32,000 bases of DNA. Source: Dickeya dadantii NCPPB 898. Lineage in GTDB: Bacteria; Pseudomonadota; Gammaproteobacteria; Enterobacterales; Enterobacteriaceae. The translations under genes were made by a program, and so were the position numbers. The stretch is taken from the NCBI RefSeq assembly GCF_000406145.1, contig NZ_CM001976.1, positions 958,505 to 990,504 on the forward strand, in the 5' to 3' direction. Within the stretch, counting starts at the first letter, position 1. Every line of letters begins with the position of its first letter. Below, piece after piece: positions 26,101 to 32,000 of the stretch. The notes below the pieces were generated by a model. The model had not been told where the DNA came from, searched no databases, and saw nothing but the letters and a program-made list of their open reading frames with translations.

Positions 26101-26210
26101 ACGCCATCATCGGTGGGTTGATCGTCGCTACGCTGCTGACGCTGACGGTGTTGCCAGCGGCGATCAGTCTGGTGATGCAGTGGGAAACGCGCGGAAAAAC
26201 GCAGGGGTAA
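23145..26210 (+). CDS. RND efflux transporter permease (AcrB/AcrD/AcrF family)
   Basis: 1021-aa ORF with 12-TM architecture and two large periplasmic loops. Characteristic motifs are LGLLVDDAMITVE and ALAGMIIRNAVILI. The start overlaps the adaptor stop by 1 nt. Confidence 0.93.
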   Translation: MSSGFKQKWNLSAWALAHQQLVAFFMLVIVAAGVMSYERLPRNEDPAFTIKTAVVSASWPGATVQDTVSFVTDVLEKKLQETPYLDFIESYSRPGEAVIFVNLRDSTPPSEVPGIWYTVRKKMKDITPSLPDGVSEPAVNDEFDDTFGTIYGFTADGYSPRELRDKVDDIRTELLATSDVGKIDVLGVQEEHIVVAFSPRQLAGMGLDLQQVTAALQAQNAVSPTGTIRTANDKVELRVSGAFVSEESLRQVTLRIGGRFIPLTDIATVHRQAAEPPAPAFRVNGQPAIGLAISMAPTGNMLDFGQALRGKIATISASLPHGIEVTNVADQSSVVKSSVSGFVKVLLEAVVIVLAVSFVSLGSRAGLVVAASIPIVLAMTFTGMEIAGIGLQRISLGALIIALGLLVDDAMITVEAMVSSLEKGEAREQAATRAYETTAFPMLTGTLVMIAGFIPVGFAASSAGEYCYSLFIVVLISLLSSWVVAVLFSPLIGVWLLPKTMKAHDHNAGRLSRAYDRLLSTALRYRGRTLLLSVALLALAVWAAGRLEGEFFPASDRPELLVSLTLPRNATQEATEREVVRLEQSLKNDPDLDHFSTYVGSGAVRFYLPMDVLLQNENIAQLVVVAKGLKERDALRARLEKRVQQDFSHLVTRVSPLELGPPVGWPLKYRVTGPDIDKVREYATGLATLIGNNPDAREVNLTAGEPERAIRVGVNQTEARAVGISSQDVASALATIFSGSAVTSVRDRNRMVAVVVRARDEERQNLDTVASLQLRAANGQRVPLGQIASVGYGVDEPIIWRRQRLPFITVQTDLAPGVRAQTLSATLAPQVAAYQASLPTGYHIEEGGSVAESNKGNNSVYQVLPVTLLVMLILLMVQLQRFSRMMLALLMAPFGLIGVVAAMLPTGTPMGFVALLGVIALAGMIIRNAVILISEVDTNTAAGMPINEAIIHAARHRSRPILLTALAAILGMIPIATQVFWGPMAYAIIGGLIVATLLTLTVLPAAISLVMQWETRGKTQG

Positions 26211-26242
26211 CGCGGGTAAGGGGACGAATCATTCGAGCCGTT

Positions 26243-26268
26243 CCCCGGCATCCGTCACGATGCCGGGG
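26243..26268. other. GC hairpin between convergent genes (possible bidirectional terminator, no U-tract)
   Basis: ccccggcat / 8-nt loop / atgccgggg forms a perfect 9-bp stem between the RND stop (26210) and the beta-barrel gene stop (26277). Confidence 0.4.
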
Positions 26269-26276
26269 GCGTAGGA

Positions 26277-27524
26277 TCAGAAGGTAAAGCTCAGTTTGGC
26301 GGCGGCGCCGTAGGTGTGTTTGCTTTCGGTGCCGACCATGCCGGTCAGGTCAAGGTGTACGCCAAACGGCGACAGACCGAGACCGGCGGTAACCAGATTC
26401 TTGTCGCTGTCGCGCATATTGGCGCGGTAACCGACGCGCAACTGCGCCCAGGACAGCACGCGGTATTCCGCTCCCACCCCGGCGTACTGGTTTTTCTTCT
26501 CGGAATCAAAACCGCTGGCGGGCGTCAGGTCGATATCGGTGGCCAGCGTCAGTGCGTCCGTGCTCCAGGCGGTGCCCGCGGTGACCTGCGGCCGAAGGTG
26601 GAAGGTTCGCTGTATGCCCTGCACCTCTTTGGTGTCGATGCGGCGGCCAATCAGGTTCTGCGCCACCAGCCCGGCGCTCCAGCGCGAGGTCAGATCGGTA
26701 CTGAAACCGAGATCCAGGTTGGCGCCGGAGCTGGATTTCTTGAATTCCGAATTGCGGAAATCAGAAGAACTGTAGTTATTGATCGACGCAATATAGTTAT
26801 AGGTGTCGATCCGTTGCAGTTTGGGGGTGATACCCACGGAAAACGGCTGACCGGCGATGCTGAACGCTTTCGCCATCGCTACGCCGTATTCGGTCACCAG
26901 CGCGCCTGCGCCCTCGGCCCGGGAGGTGAAATTGTTCAGGTCGGCCGACGTCGGAATGGTGGTGCCCGCCGCCACGCTATCCAGATAAGCCAGATCGCGG
27001 TCGGTCACCACGGCTTTGGCATTCGCCACGCCCCAGCCTTTGACGACGACGGCGAAAGGCAACGTTTCGTTGGGAACCGCCACCACGGTAGCGGCGGCGG
27101 CATCGCCGTAAGCACGGTCATCATTGATGCTATTCAGATCGCTTCTCAGCGACTGGAAGGAGGAGATGCCCTGTTGCAGCGCCAACCGACGCAGCAGCGG
27201 ATTGGTGATACCGCTGCTGGAATTCAGCACGTCTTTGATGCTATCCCAACTGTTTTTGATGCGGTCAAACTTATCTTCGACTTTTTCAGGGTCGGACACC
27301 ACCACGCCTACCGACGGCAGGATTAAGCTGACGTTGTCGCTGGCTTGCGCTTTGGTCAGCAGCGCCGGGTTGGCCAGCGCGGCGGAGCCGTAGTGCGATG
27401 AAGCGACCCCGGTTCCGCCCATGGCATCGTTCCTGGCATCCGACCAGGTTCCGGCGGCAAAGGTTATGGCAGGAGAAAACAGACCCGCTACCGTCATGGC
27501 GCGGACGAGTGATTTTTTATGCAT
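26277..27524 (-). CDS. outer-membrane beta-barrel protein, TraF-like (TraF_2) / FadL-like family, putative
   Basis: 415-aa ORF with the signal peptide MHKKSLVRAMTVAGLFSPAITFA/AG. The N-terminal motif WSDARNDAMGGTGVASS is typical of TraF_2/FadL-like barrels (from memory). It has alternating beta-strand patterning and a C-terminal beta-signal ...AAKLSFTF. AAAGGA lies 8 nt upstream of the ATG. Confidence 0.72.
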   Translation of the reverse strand: MHKKSLVRAMTVAGLFSPAITFAAGTWSDARNDAMGGTGVASSHYGSAALANPALLTKAQASDNVSLILPSVGVVVSDPEKVEDKFDRIKNSWDSIKDVLNSSSGITNPLLRRLALQQGISSFQSLRSDLNSINDDRAYGDAAAATVVAVPNETLPFAVVVKGWGVANAKAVVTDRDLAYLDSVAAGTTIPTSADLNNFTSRAEGAGALVTEYGVAMAKAFSIAGQPFSVGITPKLQRIDTYNYIASINNYSSSDFRNSEFKKSSSGANLDLGFSTDLTSRWSAGLVAQNLIGRRIDTKEVQGIQRTFHLRPQVTAGTAWSTDALTLATDIDLTPASGFDSEKKNQYAGVGAEYRVLSWAQLRVGYRANMRDSDKNLVTAGLGLSPFGVHLDLTGMVGTESKHTYGAAAKLSFTF

Positions 27525-28179
27525 ACGAGCATTCCTTTATCAACGAAGGTATTGAGGAAAAAATTCCTTTTTGCTGTGTGCTCGTAATTTTTTTATAGAT
27601 ATAAACGCGGTAACTAAAATAAATAAAACCAGAGGACACCCTTGTGCAGGCTGAGCAAAAACAGACCTTGGTTGAAAGGAATGAATATCTCGCGTCAAAC
27701 TGAGACTGCTTTTCGGTGTGTCATTACGACAATAGTGGCACAGCCTAGCATTTTCATTTCCGGCGGCGATAGCCCTTTACCCGGTTTCCGGTGTGATGGG
27801 GTATAGTGATTAATTAATTGATTGAATTTATTGGGTTTATTGATTGAGCGAATAAAGGGGTTTAATTCATCTTATTTGAGGGAATGAAATTCTTGAATTG
27901 CTGAATAGCTTATGTCTATTTTTAAACCATAGTCCCCATCAGATAAAAAGAATATTCACTTTGCGGTAATCCGGATTCTTTCACTGCTTTTTCCACAATC
28001 GTATTCGGCGGCATTAAATCAACCGCTATTCCATCAGATTCTTTTATGCTGATACGGCTTGTCGATGCCTGATGCGGCCGAAGAGATTGACGCACGAAAG
28101 CGATTGCTTATTTAAGGGGGCCTCCTTACCCTGAAACGTACAGGCGCAATGCGATTCAGTGAGCGGCAAAGGGTAAGGT

Positions 28180-28575
28180 ATGCGGACAATTGAAAAATTT
28201 CAGCGCGGTGACTTGCTGGTGGCAGCCTGCCCGTCACGCGAAGTGCTACAGCACATCACCAGCCGTTGGGGCATCCTGATTCTGATTGTGCTGGAATCGA
28301 AAACGCTCCGTTTCAGCGAACTGCGCCGCCTGATCAATGGCGTCAGCGAACGTATGCTGGCCCAGACATTGCAATCTCTGGAAGGCGACGGTCTGATCAA
28401 CCGGGTGGCTTATGACGTGGTGCCGCCGCACGTGGAATACAGCCTGACCCCGCTGGGGAAAGAAGCCGCGGAGAAGGTGCGGGTGCTGGTGGACTGGATT
28501 GAAGAAAGCATGCCGCGCATCGCTGAACACTGGCGCGAGTCGGGGACGACGCGATCGCGGAAAACCTCTGCCTGA
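28180..28575 (+). CDS. HxlR-family winged-helix transcriptional regulator
   Basis: 131-aa ORF containing CPSREVLQHITSRWGILILIVLESKTLRFSELRRLINGVSERMLAQTLQSLEGDGLINRVAYDVVPPHVEYSLTPLG, which matches the canonical HxlR domain pattern. Confidence 0.87.
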   Translation: MRTIEKFQRGDLLVAACPSREVLQHITSRWGILILIVLESKTLRFSELRRLINGVSERMLAQTLQSLEGDGLINRVAYDVVPPHVEYSLTPLGKEAAEKVRVLVDWIEESMPRIAEHWRESGTTRSRKTSA

Positions 28576-28859
28576 AATGTGGTGGGAATCATGCCGGATT
28601 TCCGCCTTCATTTAGCGATATTTTATGCGCGAGTGAATGATCACAGCCTAATGATTTCTACCGGTTTTATTGTTGATAAAACCAGAAAGCTGTGTTTAAT
28701 TTTAAGTTAATGCTTTCGCATTTTTCTATTTTAGCGTTATCGATTTTTACACCAGGTTTGATTTTTTAAATTAATAACAGATTTTTGCCATGGATATCCT
28801 GCCGGTTGGCGCAGGGGGCGGCTGCCTGTTTCTCAAACCTGTCAATATCGGTGATGCTT

Positions 28860-31800
28860 ATGGCTCAGCAACGAACTCTGTATAACGCGACCCGCATGGT
28901 GCTTGAGCGCCGTTTAATGTTTGATGCCGCCGCTGTTGCCACGGCGGATCAGGTCGCCAATGACCAGCCAGACGCCGCCAACCATGACGGTAGTGCCGAT
29001 TCTACGGCGCAGGAACATACCAATACCGATTTAATTCAGGCTGTTAGCCAGATCGAGACGCCGCCCGCTCGCGTCGAGGTATTCTTTATTGACGGCGCGT
29101 TGCCAAATAAAGACGCGCTGGTCTCGCAATTACCAGCCAATGCGTCGGTTTATATTCTGGATAGTAATCAGGATGGGTTGAATCAAATTGCTGATATTCT
29201 TTCTAATTATAAAAATGTCGATGCGATTCATATTATTTCACACGGTGATAGTGGACAGATTGAATTAGGGAATAGCCTAGTCTCGGCGGAAAATATTGAT
29301 AGCTACCAAACTATATTGGAGCAAATCAATTTATCTCTAAACAGCTCCGCCGATGTTTTAATTTATGGCTGTAATGTCGGGGATGAAGCCGGGCAACAGT
29401 TATTGAGCGCGCTGTCGTCATCGCTGGATTCGGACGTGGCGGCGTCATCCGATATTACCGGGGTTGATGGCGACTGGGTGCTGGAAAGCCATGTCGGCAG
29501 TATCGAAACCGAATCCATCAATCCGACAGGCTGGCATGCCAACCTGTTGTTGGGAATAAACACCGCGCCTACCGCCGTGGCCGATGTGGCGCTGGTGAGC
29601 CAAAATAGCTCGACCATCATTAATGTGACCGCGAACGACATCGATCTGGAAGGCGATGCCATCAAGGTAACCGGAGCCAGCGCGCTATTTGGCAAGGTCA
29701 CGGTCAATGCCGACAGCACGCTGACCTATACCCCTAATGCCGGTTATTTCGGCGTCGACACCATCACGTATACCATTGCGGACAGTAAAGGACTGTCGGC
29801 GTTGCTGCCGGGTACGGTGGCGGTCACGGTCAATAGCTTGCCTACCTTGTCGTTACCAGTGCTGGTTAATCTGTTCAATGAAGATACGCCGATAGTCTTC
29901 GCCAATGTTCTGGGCACCAAAATCAGCATTGGCGACCTCGACGGCAGCATCGCCAGGATCTCATTGTCGGTGCCGCTGGGGTCGCTGACGCTATCCCAGA
30001 CCGCCAATCTGTCGTTTAGCCAGGGCGACGGCATCAACGACAGCAACATCACCATGCAGGGTAATATTGCAGATATTAATGCCGCGCTGAATGGCCTGAT
30101 CTATACCCCGGACGCGGACTATAACGGTCCGGTAACCATTACTATCGGGTTAACCGACACCTTGCTGGCGATACCGATTACCGCCACGTTGCCAATCGGC
30201 ATTGCGCCGGTGGCGGATATTGTCAGTGATTCCGTCATCACCAATGTCAGCTCGCCGGTCAGCTTCAACGTGATGGCGAACGATACTTTTGAAAATATCA
30301 ACGCGCGGGTGACGTCTTACAGCACGCCATCACACGGTACGGTGGTGATTGATAGCACCGGCAACGCGGTCTACACCCCCAATAGCGGTTATCTGGGTAA
30401 TGATTCGTTTACCTATACCGTTACCAGTAATGGCACCACGGAAACCACCACCGTTACCATCCACATTAATACGCCGCCGGTCGCCAACCCGGACAGCGCT
30501 ACCACGCCGGAAGATACATCGGTGACGGTGAACGTGCTGGCGAATGACACCGATGCTGATGGTAATACGTTGACCGTGACGTCGGCGACGGCCGGACACG
30601 GCACGGTGGTGATCAACGCCAACGGTACGCTGACCTACACGCCGGCGGCCAACTACAACGGCAGCGACACCATTACCTATAAGATCAGTGACGGATTGGG
30701 CGCCAGCGCGACGGGTACGGTAACGGTCACCATCACCCCGGTCAATGACGCGCCGGTGGCGGCCAACGACACCGCCACCACGCTGGAAGACACCCAGGTG
30801 ACGGTGAATGTGCTGGCCAACGACAGCGATGTGGACGGCGACAGCCTGACGGTCACCGCCGCCAGCGCCGGCCACGGCACGGTGGTGATCAACGCCAACG
30901 GCACCCTGACCTATACCCCGGCGGCCAACTACAACGGCAGCGACACTATCAGCTATACCGTCAGCGACGGCCACGGCGGCACCGCCACGGCCACGGTGGC
31001 GGTGACCGTCACCCCGGTCAATGACGCGCCGGTGGCGGTGAACGACACCGCGACCACGGCGGAAGACACCCCGGTGACGGTGAATGTGCTGGCGAACGAC
31101 AGCGATGTGGACGGCGACAGTCTGACGGTGACCTCCGCATCGGCTGGGCATGGTTCCGTCACCATTAACGCTGATGGCACGCTGACTTATATCCCCAATG
31201 TCAACTTTAACGGCACCGATACCGTGACTTATAGCGTCAGCGATGGTGCCGGCGGCGTGGCGACAGGAATGCTGACCGTGACGGTTACCGCTGTGAATGA
31301 TACACCGGTTACCGGGGCGGATATGGCAGCCACCAGTCAAAATACCCCGGTGACGGTCAATGTGCTGTCCAACGACAGCGATGTGGACGGCGACAGCCTG
31401 ACGGTCACTGCCGCCAGTGCCGGGCATGGCTCGGTGGTGATCAATGCTGACGGTACCCTGACCTATACGCCCAACACGAATTACAGTGGTAGCGATACGG
31501 TGACTTATACCGTCAGCGATGGTGCCGGCGGCACAGCGCAGGGGACGTTAACGGTGACAATCGCGCCGGTGAATAGTGCTCCTTCGGCAAACCCAGACAG
31601 CGCAAGTACATTGGAGGATACGCCGGTAACGGTGGATGTGTTGGCAAATGATACCAGTGCAAACGGCTCGCCCTTGACAATACAAGGGGCTGTTGCGGGG
31701 CATGGAACTGTAGTCATTAATTCGGACGGTACGCTGACCTACACGCCGAATGCCAATTTCAACGGCACCGATACGGTGACCTATACCGTCAGCAATAGTC

Positions 31801-32000
31801 AGGGAGGATTGGCTACGGGCACCCTGACCATTACCGTGACTGCAGTCAATGACGCCCCGGTGGCCGGCGCGGATACCGCTATCACAGCGGAAGACACCCC
31901 GGTCACCGTCGACGTGCTGGCGAATGACGTCGATGTGGACGGCAACCTGTTAACCGTCACTGCTGCTACCGCCGGCAACGGCACCGTGGTGATTAACGCT
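28860..32000 (+). CDS. giant repetitive surface/secreted protein (5' part only): N-terminal DUF4347-type domain followed by tandem cadherin/Ig-like repeats of about 92 aa ('tandem-95'/VCBS-like); probable T1SS adhesin
   Basis: Absent from the ORF track because it has no stop. I translated it by hand from the ATG at 28860 and it stays open for 1047 codons to the window end. An in-frame ATG at 28854 is also possible. The N-terminus reads MAQQRTLYNATRMVLERRLMFDAAAVATAD. The DUF4347-like region reads VFFIDGALPNKDALV...VYILDSNQDGLNQIADIL...AIHIISHGDSGQIELG...VLIYGCNVG...DVAASSDITG. The repeat pattern is NDAPVA.ND.ATT.EDT.VTVNVLANDSDVDGD.LTVT.A.AGHG.V.IN.DGTLTYTP..N.NG.DT.TY.VSDG.GG. Confidence 0.92.
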   Translation, partial: MAQQRTLYNATRMVLERRLMFDAAAVATADQVANDQPDAANHDGSADSTAQEHTNTDLIQAVSQIETPPARVEVFFIDGALPNKDALVSQLPANASVYILDSNQDGLNQIADILSNYKNVDAIHIISHGDSGQIELGNSLVSAENIDSYQTILEQINLSLNSSADVLIYGCNVGDEAGQQLLSALSSSLDSDVAASSDITGVDGDWVLESHVGSIETESINPTGWHANLLLGINTAPTAVADVALVSQNSSTIINVTANDIDLEGDAIKVTGASALFGKVTVNADSTLTYTPNAGYFGVDTITYTIADSKGLSALLPGTVAVTVNSLPTLSLPVLVNLFNEDTPIVFANVLGTKISIGDLDGSIARISLSVPLGSLTLSQTANLSFSQGDGINDSNITMQGNIADINAALNGLIYTPDADYNGPVTITIGLTDTLLAIPITATLPIGIAPVADIVSDSVITNVSSPVSFNVMANDTFENINARVTSYSTPSHGTVVIDSTGNAVYTPNSGYLGNDSFTYTVTSNGTTETTTVTIHINTPPVANPDSATTPEDTSVTVNVLANDTDADGNTLTVTSATAGHGTVVINANGTLTYTPAANYNGSDTITYKISDGLGASATGTVTVTITPVNDAPVAANDTATTLEDTQVTVNVLANDSDVDGDSLTVTAASAGHGTVVINANGTLTYTPAANYNGSDTISYTVSDGHGGTATATVAVTVTPVNDAPVAVNDTATTAEDTPVTVNVLANDSDVDGDSLTVTSASAGHGSVTINADGTLTYIPNVNFNGTDTVTYSVSDGAGGVATGMLTVTVTAVNDTPVTGADMAATSQNTPVTVNVLSNDSDVDGDSLTVTAASAGHGSVVINADGTLTYTPNTNYSGSDTVTYTVSDGAGGTAQGTLTVTIAPVNSAPSANPDSASTLEDTPVTVDVLANDTSANGSPLTIQGAVAGHGTVVINSDGTLTYTPNANFNGTDTVTYTVSNSQGGLATGTLTITVTAVNDAPVAGADTAITAEDTPVTVDVLANDVDVDGNLLTVTAATAGNGTVVINA
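30462..32000 (+). repeat. 276-bp (92-codon) tandem repeats inside the adhesin gene, at least 5.5 units, continuing beyond the window
   Basis: The equivalent AAT (Asn of the V-N-D motif) occurs at 30468, 30744, 31020, 31296, 31572 and 31848, an exact 276-bp period. Long exact DNA matches occur between units, e.g. aacgacagcgatgtggacggcgacag in three units. More divergent units sit at about 29559-29834 and 30201-30467. Confidence 0.92.

Noticed and set aside
28090-28180. c-di-GMP (GEMM-like) riboswitch fragments (acgcacgaaagcg, gggggcctcc, ggcaaaggg) upstream of the HxlR gene and adhesin locus
   Set aside because: These are only scattered short similarities. I could not build the two-stem tetraloop/receptor architecture. 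A covariance-model scan would be needed before making any claim.
28790-28885. 31-codon ORF starting at the ATG at 28790, just upstream of the adhesin start
   Set aside because: It is in a different frame from the adhesin, has no SD, and overlaps the adhesin start. It is probably fortuitous, although a leader-peptide role cannot be excluded.
28926-28937. AAAV at adhesin residues 23-26 matches the LapG cleavage pattern [T/A/P]-A-A-[G/V]
   Set aside because: It lies at the extreme N-terminus with no preceding retention module. It is part of the conserved MFDAAA motif of DUF4347 proteins. No lapG or lapD genes are in the window.
1-32000. Scan for CRISPR arrays, tRNA/rRNA genes, IS transposases and integrases
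   Set aside because: I saw no regularly spaced repeat-spacer arrays, no tRNA-like T-arm/acceptor signatures, and no transposase or integrase-like ORFs. The only repeats are those listed above.

Overview
This is a chromosomal window from a high-GC enterobacterium, probably Pectobacteriaceae. I guess Dickeya, based on a RhiE-like PL4 rhamnogalacturonan lyase plus clear orthologues of E. coli mdtG, dmlA/dmlR, queF and yqhA. All homology calls are from memory, with no searches run.

Gene order, left to right:
- a sugar ABC importer on the minus strand (binding protein and two permeases; the last permease runs off the left edge)
- mdtG
- a CRP-box-associated 25-codon ORF
- an AT-richer islet of about 0.9-1 kb carrying one orphan ORF
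- divergent dmlA/dmlR
- a three-gene minus-strand operon: CI/XRE-like regulator, N-terminally extended YhhQ-family transporter, queF
- rhiE-like lyase
- yqhA
- a LysR regulator
- a NUDIX hydrolase
- a TauE/SafE permease
- a two-domain hypothetical protein with a PNPOx-like C-terminus
- an SDR/NAD_binding_4-type reductase interrupted by an in-frame TAG, sitting in an AT-rich pocket
- a MipA/OmpV outer-membrane protein divergent from an OmpR-type response regulator, histidine kinase, RND adaptor and RND pump operon with no outer-membrane factor gene
- a TraF-like/FadL-like beta-barrel protein
- an HxlR regulator
- the first 1047 codons of a giant DUF4347 tandem-repeat adhesin. This ORF is missing from the ORF track because it has no stop in the window.

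Candidates I rate most worth follow-up:
1. The translationally coupled regulator/extended-YhhQ cassette joined to queF. It may be a protein-regulated preQ0 salvage module.
2. The orphan-gene islet bounded by a perfect 23-bp direct repeat of a terminator hairpin and by 11-bp inverted repeats.
3. The MipA / two-component system / RND module.
4. The adhesin locus.

Several short tandem repeats (16 bp x5, 17 bp x3, 18 bp x3) sit exactly at gene boundaries. I found no rRNA, tRNA, CRISPR array or recognisable transposase. GC statements are by eye, not computed.
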